Shown in pieces: positions 38,230-48,447 of a stretch of 64,000 nucleotides of DNA (position 1 is its first letter; every line of letters begins with the position of its first letter). The DNA lies in the IMG/VR virus record IMGVR_UViG_3300045988_179268, positions 192,001 to 256,000 of that record; one strand, given 5' to 3'. The notes under the pieces were generated by a model, which was not told the DNA's origin, did not search any database, and saw nothing but the letters and a program-made list of their open reading frames with translations. The stretch is from a virus. Made by a program: the position numbers and the translations under genes.

Positions 38230-39384
38230 ATGCCGTCCAAGGAACTTCCTGTAAAGGTAGGCAAGCTTAAAGTCTACGTTCATCTCAAAGTAAATGACCG
38301 CAAGGTGCAAGACTCCATGCTGGAGTACTACAACGCATACATTAAAGTATGCAACCTAGCCAGCAAAGTCGCATACACCCTCAACACGGTAAGCGTGAAC
38401 CGAATCCACGCCCGCGTAAAGAGCGACGCGCGATTCTACGAAGAACAGCACCCTGGAGTACTAGACCGCGCCATTGACGCAGTAACCAAAGACTACGCAA
38501 ATCACGTGGCAGGCGTGAATAAATTCCCCGAAGCACGCACATACAGCGTCCACGACATCCCTGTATGTCAGGACACTGATTACGACTTCATTCCGCTGGG
38601 CAATAATCGACATGGCGTGGAACTCTACCTTGCTAACCGTAGTAGCGGATTCCCTATCACCGTACAGTTCTTGGCGGAATGGCTAAACCTACCCAATGGT
38701 CACGCATACTCCACAACCGCCTCTACCGCCGAACTGTCGTTCGACCACAAGCTAGGTTGGCTCCTTAAGTACGACATGTACACTGTACAGAATACCGTAG
38801 TGGGCATTGACCTGGGCACACGTTTCCTTGCCGTCACCTACGACGGTAAGGAAACTAAGTTCTATCGTGGCGGTGACACCCCCCTCCGGCATGAGATGGC
38901 GACGTATAGCCGCCGCCGCCTAAGTCTCAAGGAGAAGGGTACTCGTAGCGCCCGTAAGCGACTCAAAGCCCTCTCAGACGACTGGCATAAGCATCTGGAA
39001 GCAAATATTAAGAAGACTGTCAAGGAAATTCTTAAGGGTGCTGAGCCTCATACTGTGTTCGCTCTAGAAGATATTGCCGCATCTCCAGAATTGCGAGAGC
39101 GATTCGCCAAAGAAGACGTGGGTAAGCTACCGACCGTCATCTTTGACATGTTCATCCGAACCCTCCGAGATGAGGCGCAGAAACGTGGACATATTTTTAT
39201 TACCGTTTCTAAGGCAAAAACTAGCACAAGGTGCCCCGCATGTGGTATGATTATTAAAAGCAACAGGAAGCAGGGCAAACACATCTACGGATGCTCCTGT
39301 GGTTTCAGGTCTAACGACGACCGTGTAGCCGCAATTAATATCCGTGAACGTGGCATTGTTCGGCTAACTGAACGCCTAGCATAA
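38230..39384 (+). CDS. tnpB: TnpB-family RNA-guided endonuclease (384 aa)
   Basis: GIDLGTRF, ALEDI, zinc ribbon CPACG..CSCG, NDDRVAAINI. Confidence 0.85.
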   Translation: MPSKELPVKVGKLKVYVHLKVNDRKVQDSMLEYYNAYIKVCNLASKVAYTLNTVSVNRIHARVKSDARFYEEQHPGVLDRAIDAVTKDYANHVAGVNKFPEARTYSVHDIPVCQDTDYDFIPLGNNRHGVELYLANRSSGFPITVQFLAEWLNLPNGHAYSTTASTAELSFDHKLGWLLKYDMYTVQNTVVGIDLGTRFLAVTYDGKETKFYRGGDTPLRHEMATYSRRRLSLKEKGTRSARKRLKALSDDWHKHLEANIKKTVKEILKGAEPHTVFALEDIAASPELRERFAKEDVGKLPTVIFDMFIRTLRDEAQKRGHIFITVSKAKTSTRCPACGMIIKSNRKQGKHIYGCSCGFRSNDDRVAAINIRERGIVRLTERLA

Positions 39385-40416
39385 GCGCCAGGGAACATGT
39401 TTCCTGACGTGGGGTGAGATGCTACCACCCCACCAGGCTTAGGGTAGTAGGTTAAGCGGTAAAACGCTTAACCTCAGCAAACACCCTTTAGGGCACATAA
39501 AACATAAGTGCATGATGATAGGTGACGGTAGTCAAGGGTCGAACCGCTTTTATCTGGTAGAGAGGCAAAACTCTCCAGAGCCACTTCTCGGAAGGGGGAT
39601 GCGGCGCGGGAGTCTTGAACGCTTAACTCTATCGGATTGTGTTTATGTTTTCGCCAGCCTGACGAAGTTCCACTCACGCGGGAACCTGATGACTCATGCT
39701 TGCTAGTATGACGAGGGTACCTGCGGCGCGTGTTTGTACACATAAGCGTATAGTAGAAGGGACAAGCTGACCCGCAACTAGCGCCACCGTTAGCTTCATT
39801 GATAGTGCAATAGGCTAATAGCGGCAAAAGGACGCAGGTCAATACAGCAGAATAGCGACATTCGCACAATGCATGTGCAGGGAACACACTTTATAACTTC
39901 CACATGTTCACAACCTGCCCTGTATTTAACGGATGTTAGAGACACCCCAACGGACGTTTGGGTAAGTGGACGGTAAAGCTGAATCAAAGCCCCAATAAGG
40001 CATGACGAAGCATTATCACACCAGAAGCGTGTCACTGTGCAACTATGTTGCCCGCCAGTAAATGAGCAAAGCTGGCATTATCGGGCACCGCCAATAGTTG
40101 CCGGCTGTTTGCCCAGCCACACAGTATTTCATGGGCACACTGGATGTGACAAAAATACCAGCCACTTACAAATGCTCAAACCAACGTCACCACCAGAAGG
40201 TTCAATATAACGAGCCTCACAGTGGTTTGAGGAACGACGACCTACCCCTCTTGCAGGAGGGTGAAGTCGGGCCAACAGTTGAACGCAACACAACGCAGGA
40301 AACTGATTCGTTACTTATCGTTGCGGGTGTCTCTCTTTTTATGTGCAAAAATAGCCTCTCACCTATGGGGGAAACCTCAAACAATTACATCGCAAAGACT
40401 CGCACGAATTAAAATT

Positions 40417-40427
40417 TGTGGTACAAT
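40417..40427 (+). promoter_or_regulatory. promoter motif
   Basis: TGTGGTACAAT. Confidence 0.65.
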
Positions 40428-40506
40428 TAAATTGAAATAAGATTCATGGAATATAGTTACGGTTCCATGCACAACTAACGCACCTACACGGAAAGGCAAA
40501 AACGCA

Positions 40507-41460
40507 ATGACCTGCAACTACTTCATCGAAGCCGGAGAACTACTAGTACTCCCTGCCGACCCCAATGAAAACCCCGGACGACTATACGACACCTACCTTT
40601 GCATCCGAGGTGAAGACGGAATGCCGGGACGTGTCGCATCCCTCAACCCAGAAGACATGGGGAAAGAATGGGACGTCACGAAAGACAAATTCAAGCTGGA
40701 GGAAAGCACGAAGCTCACGCTCTGGTGTACCAAACCTGGTCACGGCTTGTACGCTAACACGCTACACCCGCACAAGAAGGTCTACCCCTGCCGCCCCATG
40801 AGGTTCGATTACTACAAAGCATATGAATGGGTGGAAGCGGGCAATAAAGTTTATGACATGCTAACTAATAAGGATACCCAGCCTTACAATGCTGACCCCG
40901 AAATTAGCTTCTACTTCGACGCGCTTCGTAAACTCATCCTCCAGAACCATAAATATCGAGAGTTCGTTGGGTCTGTAGGCATGGAAAACGGGGCGGTTGA
41001 AACCCTCACCAGTTTCATTACCACTAGCATGAATAATGTGAAATCATTACTACGCGCAGATGCAGGTGCTCTGGAACGTGCCGCTATGAAAACCCAACAC
41101 GCCCTCACCTACGCCCATGATGAGGAAAAGAGTGAACGGGTCACAGATGCACTCAACACCCTCAAGTCAATCCGTAACAAGGGGGCGCTAAACACTTCCA
41201 TTAGCGCCGCCGCTATCGAGAAGGCTTTGGCTTGGGTGGAAGAAGCGGCAGAAATCCACAAGAACACCGACGCACTGTTCCCCAACGATTATATGCCTCT
41301 CACCCTTGCCACCAAGGAACTGCGAAAAGTAGGCACTTCACTTCTTGCACCTGTAGAAGAATGGCATAACACCATTAGCAAGCTCATCACCATTCAGAGC
41401 CCAGAGTACGACGAAGCACGCAAGAAGTACCTCAACAAGCCTTCCAATAGCATCTGGTAG
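40507..41460 (+). CDS. hypothetical protein
   Basis: ATG after GAAAGG; promoter at 40417-40427. Confidence 0.65.
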   Translation: MTCNYFIEAGELLVLPADPNENPGRLYDTYLCIRGEDGMPGRVASLNPEDMGKEWDVTKDKFKLEESTKLTLWCTKPGHGLYANTLHPHKKVYPCRPMRFDYYKAYEWVEAGNKVYDMLTNKDTQPYNADPEISFYFDALRKLILQNHKYREFVGSVGMENGAVETLTSFITTSMNNVKSLLRADAGALERAAMKTQHALTYAHDEEKSERVTDALNTLKSIRNKGALNTSISAAAIEKALAWVEEAAEIHKNTDALFPNDYMPLTLATKELRKVGTSLLAPVEEWHNTISKLITIQSPEYDEARKKYLNKPSNSIW

Positions 41461-41802
41461 CTAAACCTTGTAGTTTCGTTACACTGGGTGTCGCCAACCA
41501 AAAAAGAATAATCAACGCAAGTAACCCAAAGTCAGCTTCACTGCCAGGTAGCCACAATCATAACCAGCAGTGAACAAAGAAGAGGTGTAGTTGTAGCACA
41601 CTCGCTGTTAAAAACCAGTTGAAGTGTCGCAACTACACCTCAAACTATTTATCAACAAAACCGTTAAAGATAAAAGCCGACTATTGTCCACATCTGGGCG
41701 ATGAACATTCAACCAGAACATGAGTAAGCACTCAATGTGAGCAGTCTCTCACCATGAAAACCAATAAATGCATCCAATGCACTAACACAGCTGGGAAGCA
41801 CC

Positions 41803-41813
41803 TGTGATATACT
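41803..41813 (+). promoter_or_regulatory. promoter motif
   Basis: TGTGATATACT. Confidence 0.55.
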
Positions 41814-42112
41814 TTTTGCAAGCGGGATGAACACGCCGCCTGCACCACGGCACCCAAACTATAGGGTGACTATGATATAGTGCGCAAACCTAACCTTAAC
41901 GGGTAGAAGTGTACCCAGAGAATGCCTACAAGCACCTCCGGTACATGGTGGCAGGCGACAAAACCGCATAATAGGCACACTAATGAGGCACCATTCCCCG
42001 GCAGACAACCCGCCAAACGCCAAACCCAGGCAACACGCCTAAAAAGGTGTGGGGAAGCCTCAATGAAAAGCCTGACAACAAACCATAACTAACATGGACA
42101 TAGGAGAGACAC

Positions 42113-43960
42113 TTGTCTACTACCCCCAACGAAACCCCAGCAACCTTCGCCAGCGCAAAGCGTAAGGTGGCAGGCGCAGTCATGCTGTCCGTTCTCACCC
42201 TTGGTGGTGGCTTCGGTGGCGCGGCAATGCTCAACGTAGCACACGCCGCCGAGGTAGCATCCGCTACCGCAACCACCCAGGCACGCACTGAAAGCACCGT
42301 AAACCTCACCACTAAGGATTTCACTGGCGAGGCACCCAAGGAAACTATTCAGAACTACGTGAACTGGGTTGTTAATCAGGATAAGGTTTCCCCTTTCTCC
42401 GCCGACAACACCACCACCTATAAGGTTAATGTGGCTGACCTTGTTGGCAAGGGGCTCACCATCAAGCCTGGTACACTACAGCTTGGCATTGGTGCTTACG
42501 GTGGTGCAGAGACTAGCTTCGACCTGCCCCTCTATGGCGAGCAGGATACTGCAATCCCCCGCGCTACCACCCTCCAGTATGGTTACGGTGACGGCGCGCC
42601 AATCACCGTAACTGCTAACGCTGATGGAACCATCAGCATCCCCCGCCCGGACGATGCAAAGATGGACATTAACGTCCTCTACTCCGTCGAGGTAGAAGGC
42701 GGTAAGACTGTCACGCAGATGATTACCATTAAGGCACCAAAACCTACTGTTGAGGCAGGTACATTTAGCGCCTCCACCACTCTTGGTGAGCTTGGCACAA
42801 CCAAGGACGCACCTACCGAAGTTAAGGCGAACGAGTCCGGTAAGGTAACTTTCACCTACACTAACAACTCGAAGCTGACTGCAACCACCGCAACGGGTAG
42901 CCCGAAGGATGACCAGAAGATTCATCTGACTATTGCGCGCGACGGTAACAACATTGAGCTTCCTGTAGTTGAGATTGCGCCCGGCGAAACGAAGACCTTC
43001 TCTGTCGAGAATATTGCCGCTTCCAGCAAGTCGGGCGAGGTGACGGGAGCTGACTTCAAGCTAACTGAGGCTTTGCCCCAGAACATTGAGTACATCTCCG
43101 CACGCCCCTGTGACCACCTTGCGGCTTCACCTATCATTGCTCCGTCCACAACAGCAGACTTCTTGAAGCTGTTCACCAGCGGCAATCATGAGCGAGTCGC
43201 ACCTATCCTCCCTGATGGTGCTACCGTGAACCTTCACGACGCTAAGGCTCCCGCAGACTATATCGGAACTTACAAGCTTGGTGGCGCATGTGGCGATGAC
43301 ACCTATGAGAGCTACATTAACCCTTATGATGGTCAAGTGGGCATTGGCTTCGGTGGCAGGGGCGCGTCCAACTACTACGGCTGGAACGACGTTAAGCAGA
43401 ACGTAACCGATTACAGCGTCTACGTTAAGCCTGTCGAGGTTGCAGAGCCTACTCCTGAGCCTACTCCTACGACAACCCCGACTCCTGAGGTAACCCCGGA
43501 ACCCACCCCGTCTGAGACTCCTATCGAGACTCCGGCACCTACTCCCAGCGAGTCTGCTACCCCGCCTGCTCCTACTGTAGAGCCTTCGCCGTCTACTCCG
43601 GCTGAGTCTCCTACCCCTGAGCCGGTTCCGACTAGCCCGACTGCCGTTCCTTCGGTAGACCCGACACCGACCGCTACCACTCCGGTCCCTTCGGCAAGCC
43701 CGTCTGAACCTGCTATTGAGAAGCCTTCGGAGCCTGGCGTGAAGCCGAGTGAGCCTGCTAAGCCTGTTGAGGCTAAAACTGGTCACGAGTTCGACTCTGC
43801 TAAGCCGGTTCTTGGCGGCATCCTTGGTGCCCTGGCTCTTGGCGCTGTAGCTGGTCTTTGGATTTTCGGCAGGAAGAAGAAGGGCGAGGCTGTGAAGCCT
43901 GAGGCTACCACTTCCGAGACTGATACTGAGGCTACTACTGAGGGAACTGACTCTAAGTAG
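42113..43960 (+). CDS. secreted/surface protein with PT-rich linker and C-terminal membrane anchor
   Basis: TTG after AGGAGAG; signal-like N-terminus ending AHA; long P/T/E/S linker; C-terminal hydrophobic segment followed by RKKKGE. Confidence 0.7.
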   Translation: MSTTPNETPATFASAKRKVAGAVMLSVLTLGGGFGGAAMLNVAHAAEVASATATTQARTESTVNLTTKDFTGEAPKETIQNYVNWVVNQDKVSPFSADNTTTYKVNVADLVGKGLTIKPGTLQLGIGAYGGAETSFDLPLYGEQDTAIPRATTLQYGYGDGAPITVTANADGTISIPRPDDAKMDINVLYSVEVEGGKTVTQMITIKAPKPTVEAGTFSASTTLGELGTTKDAPTEVKANESGKVTFTYTNNSKLTATTATGSPKDDQKIHLTIARDGNNIELPVVEIAPGETKTFSVENIAASSKSGEVTGADFKLTEALPQNIEYISARPCDHLAASPIIAPSTTADFLKLFTSGNHERVAPILPDGATVNLHDAKAPADYIGTYKLGGACGDDTYESYINPYDGQVGIGFGGRGASNYYGWNDVKQNVTDYSVYVKPVEVAEPTPEPTPTTTPTPEVTPEPTPSETPIETPAPTPSESATPPAPTVEPSPSTPAESPTPEPVPTSPTAVPSVDPTPTATTPVPSASPSEPAIEKPSEPGVKPSEPAKPVEAKTGHEFDSAKPVLGGILGALALGAVAGLWIFGRKKKGEAVKPEATTSETDTEATTEGTDSK

Positions 43961-44173
43961 TAAGTGAAGGGCGACCTTCATTTGTCCACCTGCTGTTGCC
44001 GGGTGGCGGTTAGGTTAGATTTCCGCCCAGTGTCGCGGCGCTAGTTCTGCCTGGTCGCCACCTGGCGTAGGTGGCGGGTGTTGCGGTCTACATTGTAGGT
44101 TGGCTTTAGTAACTTACCTACGTTGCGACGATTTGTGTAGACCGCATGTGCATAATTTCATAAGACACCGTTC

Positions 44174-44247
44174 ATAGGGGCTGAGTGTAATGTTAGGTTC
44201 TCACTGTTTATTGATTATCTAACACATACACTCAGCCCCTATTTTTG
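44174..44247 (+). terminator. intrinsic terminator
   Basis: ATAGGGGCTGAGTGTA/TACACTCAGCCCCTAT stem followed by TTTTT. Confidence 0.7.
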
Positions 44248-44450
44248 TGCGCACAATATATATCCAGGTGTATTAAACATGTGTGATAGAGATAACATGA
44301 CCGCACCTTCTAGATGGGTGTTTGTCCTGCATGGAGGGCGTATAATGAAAACGCCTGTGAGTATGCTGAAATTATGTATCTCCGCGCATTTTTGAGGTAC
44401 AATATACCTGGAACATCATTTATTTTCCGTCTATAGAAAGGAAGTGTCTT

Positions 44451-45437
44451 ATGGTGCGTAAGAAAAAGGAACAGTCGCAAGAAGATACCCTGCATGTTGA
44501 GCTTACCCCCGCCCGTAAGCTCAGGCAAGAAATCGCACAAAGCAACGCCTTACTGATTTATTCCCGACTAGGTTGGGGTGGTATTGGTCTACCCAAAAAC
44601 AATACGCCGCCTGTAGGTTCGCTAACCTTACAAAACGCCATCGTCCAGTACTACAACACTGTCACCAGTGCAACGACCTTAACGGACATAGAGCGAGCCT
44701 ACGCAGACCTACACCGTGAAACTGAGAACGCACTATATGAGCATTATCAGCACAGCGGCGTAACGAAAGAGGAACTGGCAAGCATCGCATCTGGAGAGAG
44801 GATTCTACAAATCATGACCGCTATCGACAAGAACGTAGGTTCTGACCCGACCATCAGTGAAGCTTTAGACACTGTTATTACCATGCGCAAAGCATTAGGT
44901 AACAGCGCCCTACCCATTATGGCGACCATCACTGACGCTAAACTCCTAGAAGCTGACATTAAGAACCTCAGTGACCGTATCGACTCCAACCTACGTGAAG
45001 AGAAGAGGCTCACCAATAAGGCGACGCTCAGTAACGAAGAGAAGAATCAGCTTGAGGTAATCCGCAAGACACTAACCCTTGACGCAATGCAAATCCGCGA
45101 TAAGGAACACCGCCTCAAGAACAACATCTCCATTCAAGACGGTTACCGTAACCTTATTGACGCGAAATCTGAACTCATCGACAAGGAAGAAGCCGCCCTC
45201 CTAAGCCTGCAAACCTATAAGCAGTACGAAAGCGACCAGGAACAGCTACAGCGAATCAGCCTCGCCCTGAACATGGGTGACAACACTGTAGACGGGCTAG
45301 ACTCGGCTGTGAACGCCGCAAGAGCAAGACTGCAAGCATGGGACGAGGTACGCAACAGCAGTATTGACGAAGCGAACAAAGAGTTTGCCATGATTGAAGC
45401 TGGTAACTACCTAGACGAACGCCGCCGCAACCTCTAA
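44451..45437 (+). CDS. coiled-coil hypothetical protein
   Basis: track ORF, ATG after GAAAGGAAG. Confidence 0.65.
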   Translation: MVRKKKEQSQEDTLHVELTPARKLRQEIAQSNALLIYSRLGWGGIGLPKNNTPPVGSLTLQNAIVQYYNTVTSATTLTDIERAYADLHRETENALYEHYQHSGVTKEELASIASGERILQIMTAIDKNVGSDPTISEALDTVITMRKALGNSALPIMATITDAKLLEADIKNLSDRIDSNLREEKRLTNKATLSNEEKNQLEVIRKTLTLDAMQIRDKEHRLKNNISIQDGYRNLIDAKSELIDKEEAALLSLQTYKQYESDQEQLQRISLALNMGDNTVDGLDSAVNAARARLQAWDEVRNSSIDEANKEFAMIEAGNYLDERRRNL

Positions 45438-45525
45438 ACAACCAAACCTACTGGTGGGTGCCCGCACATACTTATATGATATGCGGGTGCCCACCACACA
45501 AACAGCCGCATGAAAGGTGGTGACA

Positions 45526-46287
45526 ATGACCAACGAAGAACCAAAAATTACCTTTGAAAGCATCCTGCAAAACTGGAACGCACATTATAACCCTATCGCT
45601 AAGGCGCAGACACAACAGCCCATTAAGGCATTAGAGTTAAGCGCCACCATGCGTAACCCCCAAACACCGGCAGGCACATACCCCGCGTTCGAAACCTACC
45701 TTGGTGTTGATGTACTCGAAAAGAAATGTCAGCTTAGACAAGAGAAGCGGCGAAAGCGTAAGGAAATCAGAGGGAAACTCTTTGACTTCCTGAAAGTTGT
45801 CATCACTATACTGCTTGTAGGTGGCGCAATCATCGGCGGTTTCATGTTCTTCAAGCCCAGCACCCCACAGAACACTAGCAATGGTGATATTCAAAACGTC
45901 CCTCAGGCGGCAGAAACCATTACAATAGCATCACCGACCACCACCACCTCGGCGGCACCCACCCCGACAGCGGTACCCGAAGGAACCGTAACGCCCACAG
46001 CGGACGCCACACCAGAACAGAAACACTGCCTTACCACCCCAACCAAATCTCCATTCTTGGACGGTAACGGTGCGTTACACTATGGAAAAGGCACTGGACA
46101 TGATTCATACTATGTTCCCGCCAATGAGGACTGTGGTGTGCGATACACGGCAGAGGACGGAAGTAGCTACCATGAAGAGGACGACAACTCAGTAGGTAAA
46201 GAGATTGCCAAAGCTATCCTCCTCATTGTGAGTGTAGCTATAGGCATGATTCTTCTCGTGATGTTCATTGCCATCCTCGCCATCTAG
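45526..46287 (+). CDS. membrane protein, paralog of 46396..47106
   Basis: ATG after GAAAGGTGG; shared NPxTPxGTYPAFE and YYVPxNEDCGVRYT motifs, central TM, PT-rich stretch, C-terminal TM. Confidence 0.6.
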   Translation: MTNEEPKITFESILQNWNAHYNPIAKAQTQQPIKALELSATMRNPQTPAGTYPAFETYLGVDVLEKKCQLRQEKRRKRKEIRGKLFDFLKVVITILLVGGAIIGGFMFFKPSTPQNTSNGDIQNVPQAAETITIASPTTTTSAAPTPTAVPEGTVTPTADATPEQKHCLTTPTKSPFLDGNGALHYGKGTGHDSYYVPANEDCGVRYTAEDGSSYHEEDDNSVGKEIAKAILLIVSVAIGMILLVMFIAILAI

Positions 46288-46310
46288 ACGACCTCCAAAA
46301 AGAAACCCAT

Positions 46311-46361
46311 ATTGCGACTGGGTGCCTAGCACTATAAGTAGTGCAGGTACCCAGTCGCAAT
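46311..46361 (+). terminator. hairpin terminator
   Basis: ATTGCGACTGGGTGCC/GGTACCCAGTCGCAAT stem. Confidence 0.55.
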
Positions 46362-46395
46362 AACCTACAAGAAAGAAAGGTAGGACAAGAAACCA

Positions 46396-47106
46396 ATGCC
46401 CAGTAAGAGCAATAAGCGACTAGCCGGTGATACCACTAAAAGCTGTATCAGCCACGGTAACACCAAATCGTTAAACGCCGCTACCCGCAACCCTGCAACT
46501 CCGACAGGAACATACCCAGCATTTGAGAGTCACCTCGGGGTTACTGCGCTTGAAAAGAAACATGAACACAAACAAGCTAAACAGCATAAGTGGGTAGCCC
46601 GCAAAGAAAGCATCTCACTACTCCTCAAAACCGTAGTGCCCGTATTCCTTGTAACCGGGGTACTACTTGGTGGCATTATGCTCTTCGCTGGCAACACTCC
46701 ACGAACCAACACTGATAATCAAGCCACTGTTAGTGCCCAGATGACCGCAACACCTCAACCTACCGCCACTCCCACCCCCGAAGCAACAGCAAAGCCAACC
46801 CCAACAAAAACATCTACCGCCTTTATTCAGAAATTGTGTTCCACCACCCCCACGGCAACCCCTTACAGGGACAGCAACGGAGTTATGCAACACCCGGCGG
46901 GTTCAGGAAGAGACGCATACTATGTTCCCTTCAACGAGGACTGTGGCGTGCGATATACGCAAGCGAAGACTGATAAGCCTGCCTCCTCATCAAGCCTGGG
47001 TGACTACCCTATCCTCTTCATCCCTCTCGTTATCGCAATAATGCTAATCGGTGGCGGCGGAATCGCCATAATGGTTGAGAAAACCATGCAAAATTTAACT
47101 AGCTAA
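46396..47106 (+). CDS. membrane protein, paralog of 45526..46287
   Basis: same motifs and architecture as its neighbour. Confidence 0.6.
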   Translation: MPSKSNKRLAGDTTKSCISHGNTKSLNAATRNPATPTGTYPAFESHLGVTALEKKHEHKQAKQHKWVARKESISLLLKTVVPVFLVTGVLLGGIMLFAGNTPRTNTDNQATVSAQMTATPQPTATPTPEATAKPTPTKTSTAFIQKLCSTTPTATPYRDSNGVMQHPAGSGRDAYYVPFNEDCGVRYTQAKTDKPASSSSLGDYPILFIPLVIAIMLIGGGGIAIMVEKTMQNLTS

Positions 47107-47136
47107 CCCCACTCTTGAAGCAAAGGAGAAGTTACT

Positions 47137-47346
47137 ATGAACATGAACGACCTTAAAGAAAAGCTTCCCGATGGAATTTTAGGCAAGTTGCTGTGGCTTG
47201 CCACCATGCTTGTCATTGTCGTTATCGCTTTCCAGCTTGTAAAGGTATTGGCGTACATTCTGAGTATCGTGTTATTGGGTGCGTCTGCTTATCTTCTCTA
47301 CGATTCATGCCGCAAGCTCAAGAAAATGAACTCAGACAAGCATTAG
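47137..47346 (+). CDS. small membrane protein
   Basis: ATG after AAGGAGAAG; two hydrophobic segments. Confidence 0.5.
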   Translation: MNMNDLKEKLPDGILGKLLWLATMLVIVVIAFQLVKVLAYILSIVLLGASAYLLYDSCRKLKKMNSDKH

Positions 47347-47490
47347 CTTCCAATGGAGCCAGGTTAGCACCCATAATTGGGTGGCTAAGTGAAGAATCAA
47401 CATGGGAAAGACATACTCATTAAGGTTCTTTACTTAGTCACCCTTCTTAATACCTTATGCGGCATGTGTGACATGTCACAAAAACTAGGC

Positions 47491-47520
47491 TTGTGCAGTA
47501 GTAAAAATATGTGGTACACT
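47491..47520 (+). promoter_or_regulatory. promoter
   Basis: TTGTGC, 18-nt spacer, TGTGGTACACT. Confidence 0.65.
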
Positions 47521-47585
47521 TTTTGTAGCAAGTGAAGGGAAAGCCTTCACAGAGAATCAATGCAATCTACCGAAAGGTGCCCACA

Positions 47586-47996
47586 ATGACCAAGCAGACC
47601 ACCGAAACCCCCAAGGTAATCAAGCTCACCGACGAATGGGGCGACCCTCTCATCGACGGAGACGGAAACCTCCTCGTACCCAAGGAAATTAAGGTAGGCG
47701 CAACCATCAAATTCGACACTTTCCGCAACGATGGTACCCGCGTAACCTCAACCCGCTTCATCACCGGCGGCAACAGTACCCGCCTCACCATTAAGGATTA
47801 CACCGGAAAGCCCGACGGCACCCTCAACGTAATCCAGTGCAACCGCGAATGCTTCACCTGCTGGGAAGACACTGACGACGAACTCCACAGCGAAGAAAAC
47901 TGCACCGGAGCCGTAACCTTCGACGGACTCGAATACATCAACGGTCAGGACATGAACTTCGGACAGGCACTCAATATCACTGTAACCAACCCCTAA
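47586..47996 (+). CDS. hypothetical protein
   Basis: ATG 47586 after GAAAGG; promoter at 47491-47520. Confidence 0.6.
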   Translation: MTKQTTETPKVIKLTDEWGDPLIDGDGNLLVPKEIKVGATIKFDTFRNDGTRVTSTRFITGGNSTRLTIKDYTGKPDGTLNVIQCNRECFTCWEDTDDELHSEENCTGAVTFDGLEYINGQDMNFGQALNITVTNP

Positions 47997-48025
47997 ATAC
48001 AGGGACTTTGCTTACACGTAAGATG

Positions 48026-48036
48026 TGTGCTACACT
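48026..48036 (+). promoter_or_regulatory. promoter motif (drives E2/E3)
   Basis: TGTGCTACACT. Confidence 0.55.
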
Positions 48037-48046
48037 AAAAATATCA

Positions 48047-48189
48047 CACCTCGCCTGTGAGAGACGGGAGAGGTGGATAATCTAAACGGATAGGTGGCAT
48101 CGGTTACCTGTCAAGACCAGGATAACTGGCATCAGACAGTTTGAGGGTCACCGTTAAGGAAAATCCTTAACTCATCTACCGAATGACTC
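48047..48189 (+). ncRNA. E-module E2
   Basis: begins 11 nt after the -10 at 48026-48036; P1, TCTAAACGG, TCAAGACCAGGA, TTGAGGGTCACCGT, P4 GTTAAGGA-AAA-TCCTTAAC; ends CTCATCTACCGAATGACTC. Confidence 0.7.
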
Positions 48190-48231
48190 TGGGTAATACG
48201 GATTAGCGGGGTAATCACCCTTGCCAGGAAG

Positions 48232-48333
48232 CGTATTCTCCGTACACGCGGGGATGACTCCGGTTTCTGCCCCGTAAATGGGTTAGCCTCATGGCACGCC
48301 GCATCGTATTCTCCGTACACGCGGGGATGACTC
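48232..48333 (+). CRISPR. two identical type I-E-like repeats, non-canonical 44-nt interval
   Basis: CGTATTCTCCGTACACGCGGGGATGACTC at 48232-48260 and 48305-48333 (29/29 identical); the interval itself contains a degenerate repeat, TTTCTGCCCCGTAAATGGGTTAGCCTC. Confidence 0.5.
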
Positions 48334-48447
48334 TATAAACGGGTGGGCAACATTCGTGTCGCACGTCAAGACCAGGAGAGTTAGGTAACTAGCTTGAGGG
48401 TCACCGCCTAGTGAAACACTAGACCCACCCCGCGCAGGGGATGGCTC
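48334..48447 (+). ncRNA. E-module E3 (lacks P1; a full repeat sits in its place)
   Basis: TATAAACGG, GTCAAGACCAGGA, TTGAGGGTCACCG, CTAGTG-AAA-CACTAG; ends CCCACCCCGCGCAGGGGATGGCTC. Confidence 0.65.

Noticed and set aside
39385-40500. RNase P RNA, tmRNA or a group II intron in the ORF-free region
   Set aside because: Short resemblances (GGGTAAG..CGGTAAAGC, GAGGGTGAAGTCGGGCC, CCGGCTGT) occur in the wrong order for RNase P. There is no GGGGCTGA..TCCACCA tmRNA frame and no domain V-like hairpin. A covariance-model search is needed to be certain.
42113-43960. LPXTG/LAXTG sortase signal (VEAKTG) near the C-terminus
   Set aside because: The motif is imperfect, and the hydrophobic segment plus RKKK is followed by a further roughly 30-residue acidic tail, unlike a sorting signal. 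It is called a membrane anchor instead.
43127-43981. 284-aa minus-strand ORF and other arginine-rich ORFs (also 4366..4791 and 4442..4810)
   Set aside because: These are shadows of the PT-rich linker and of an acidic GC-rich gene; they have low-complexity R/S composition and no RBS.
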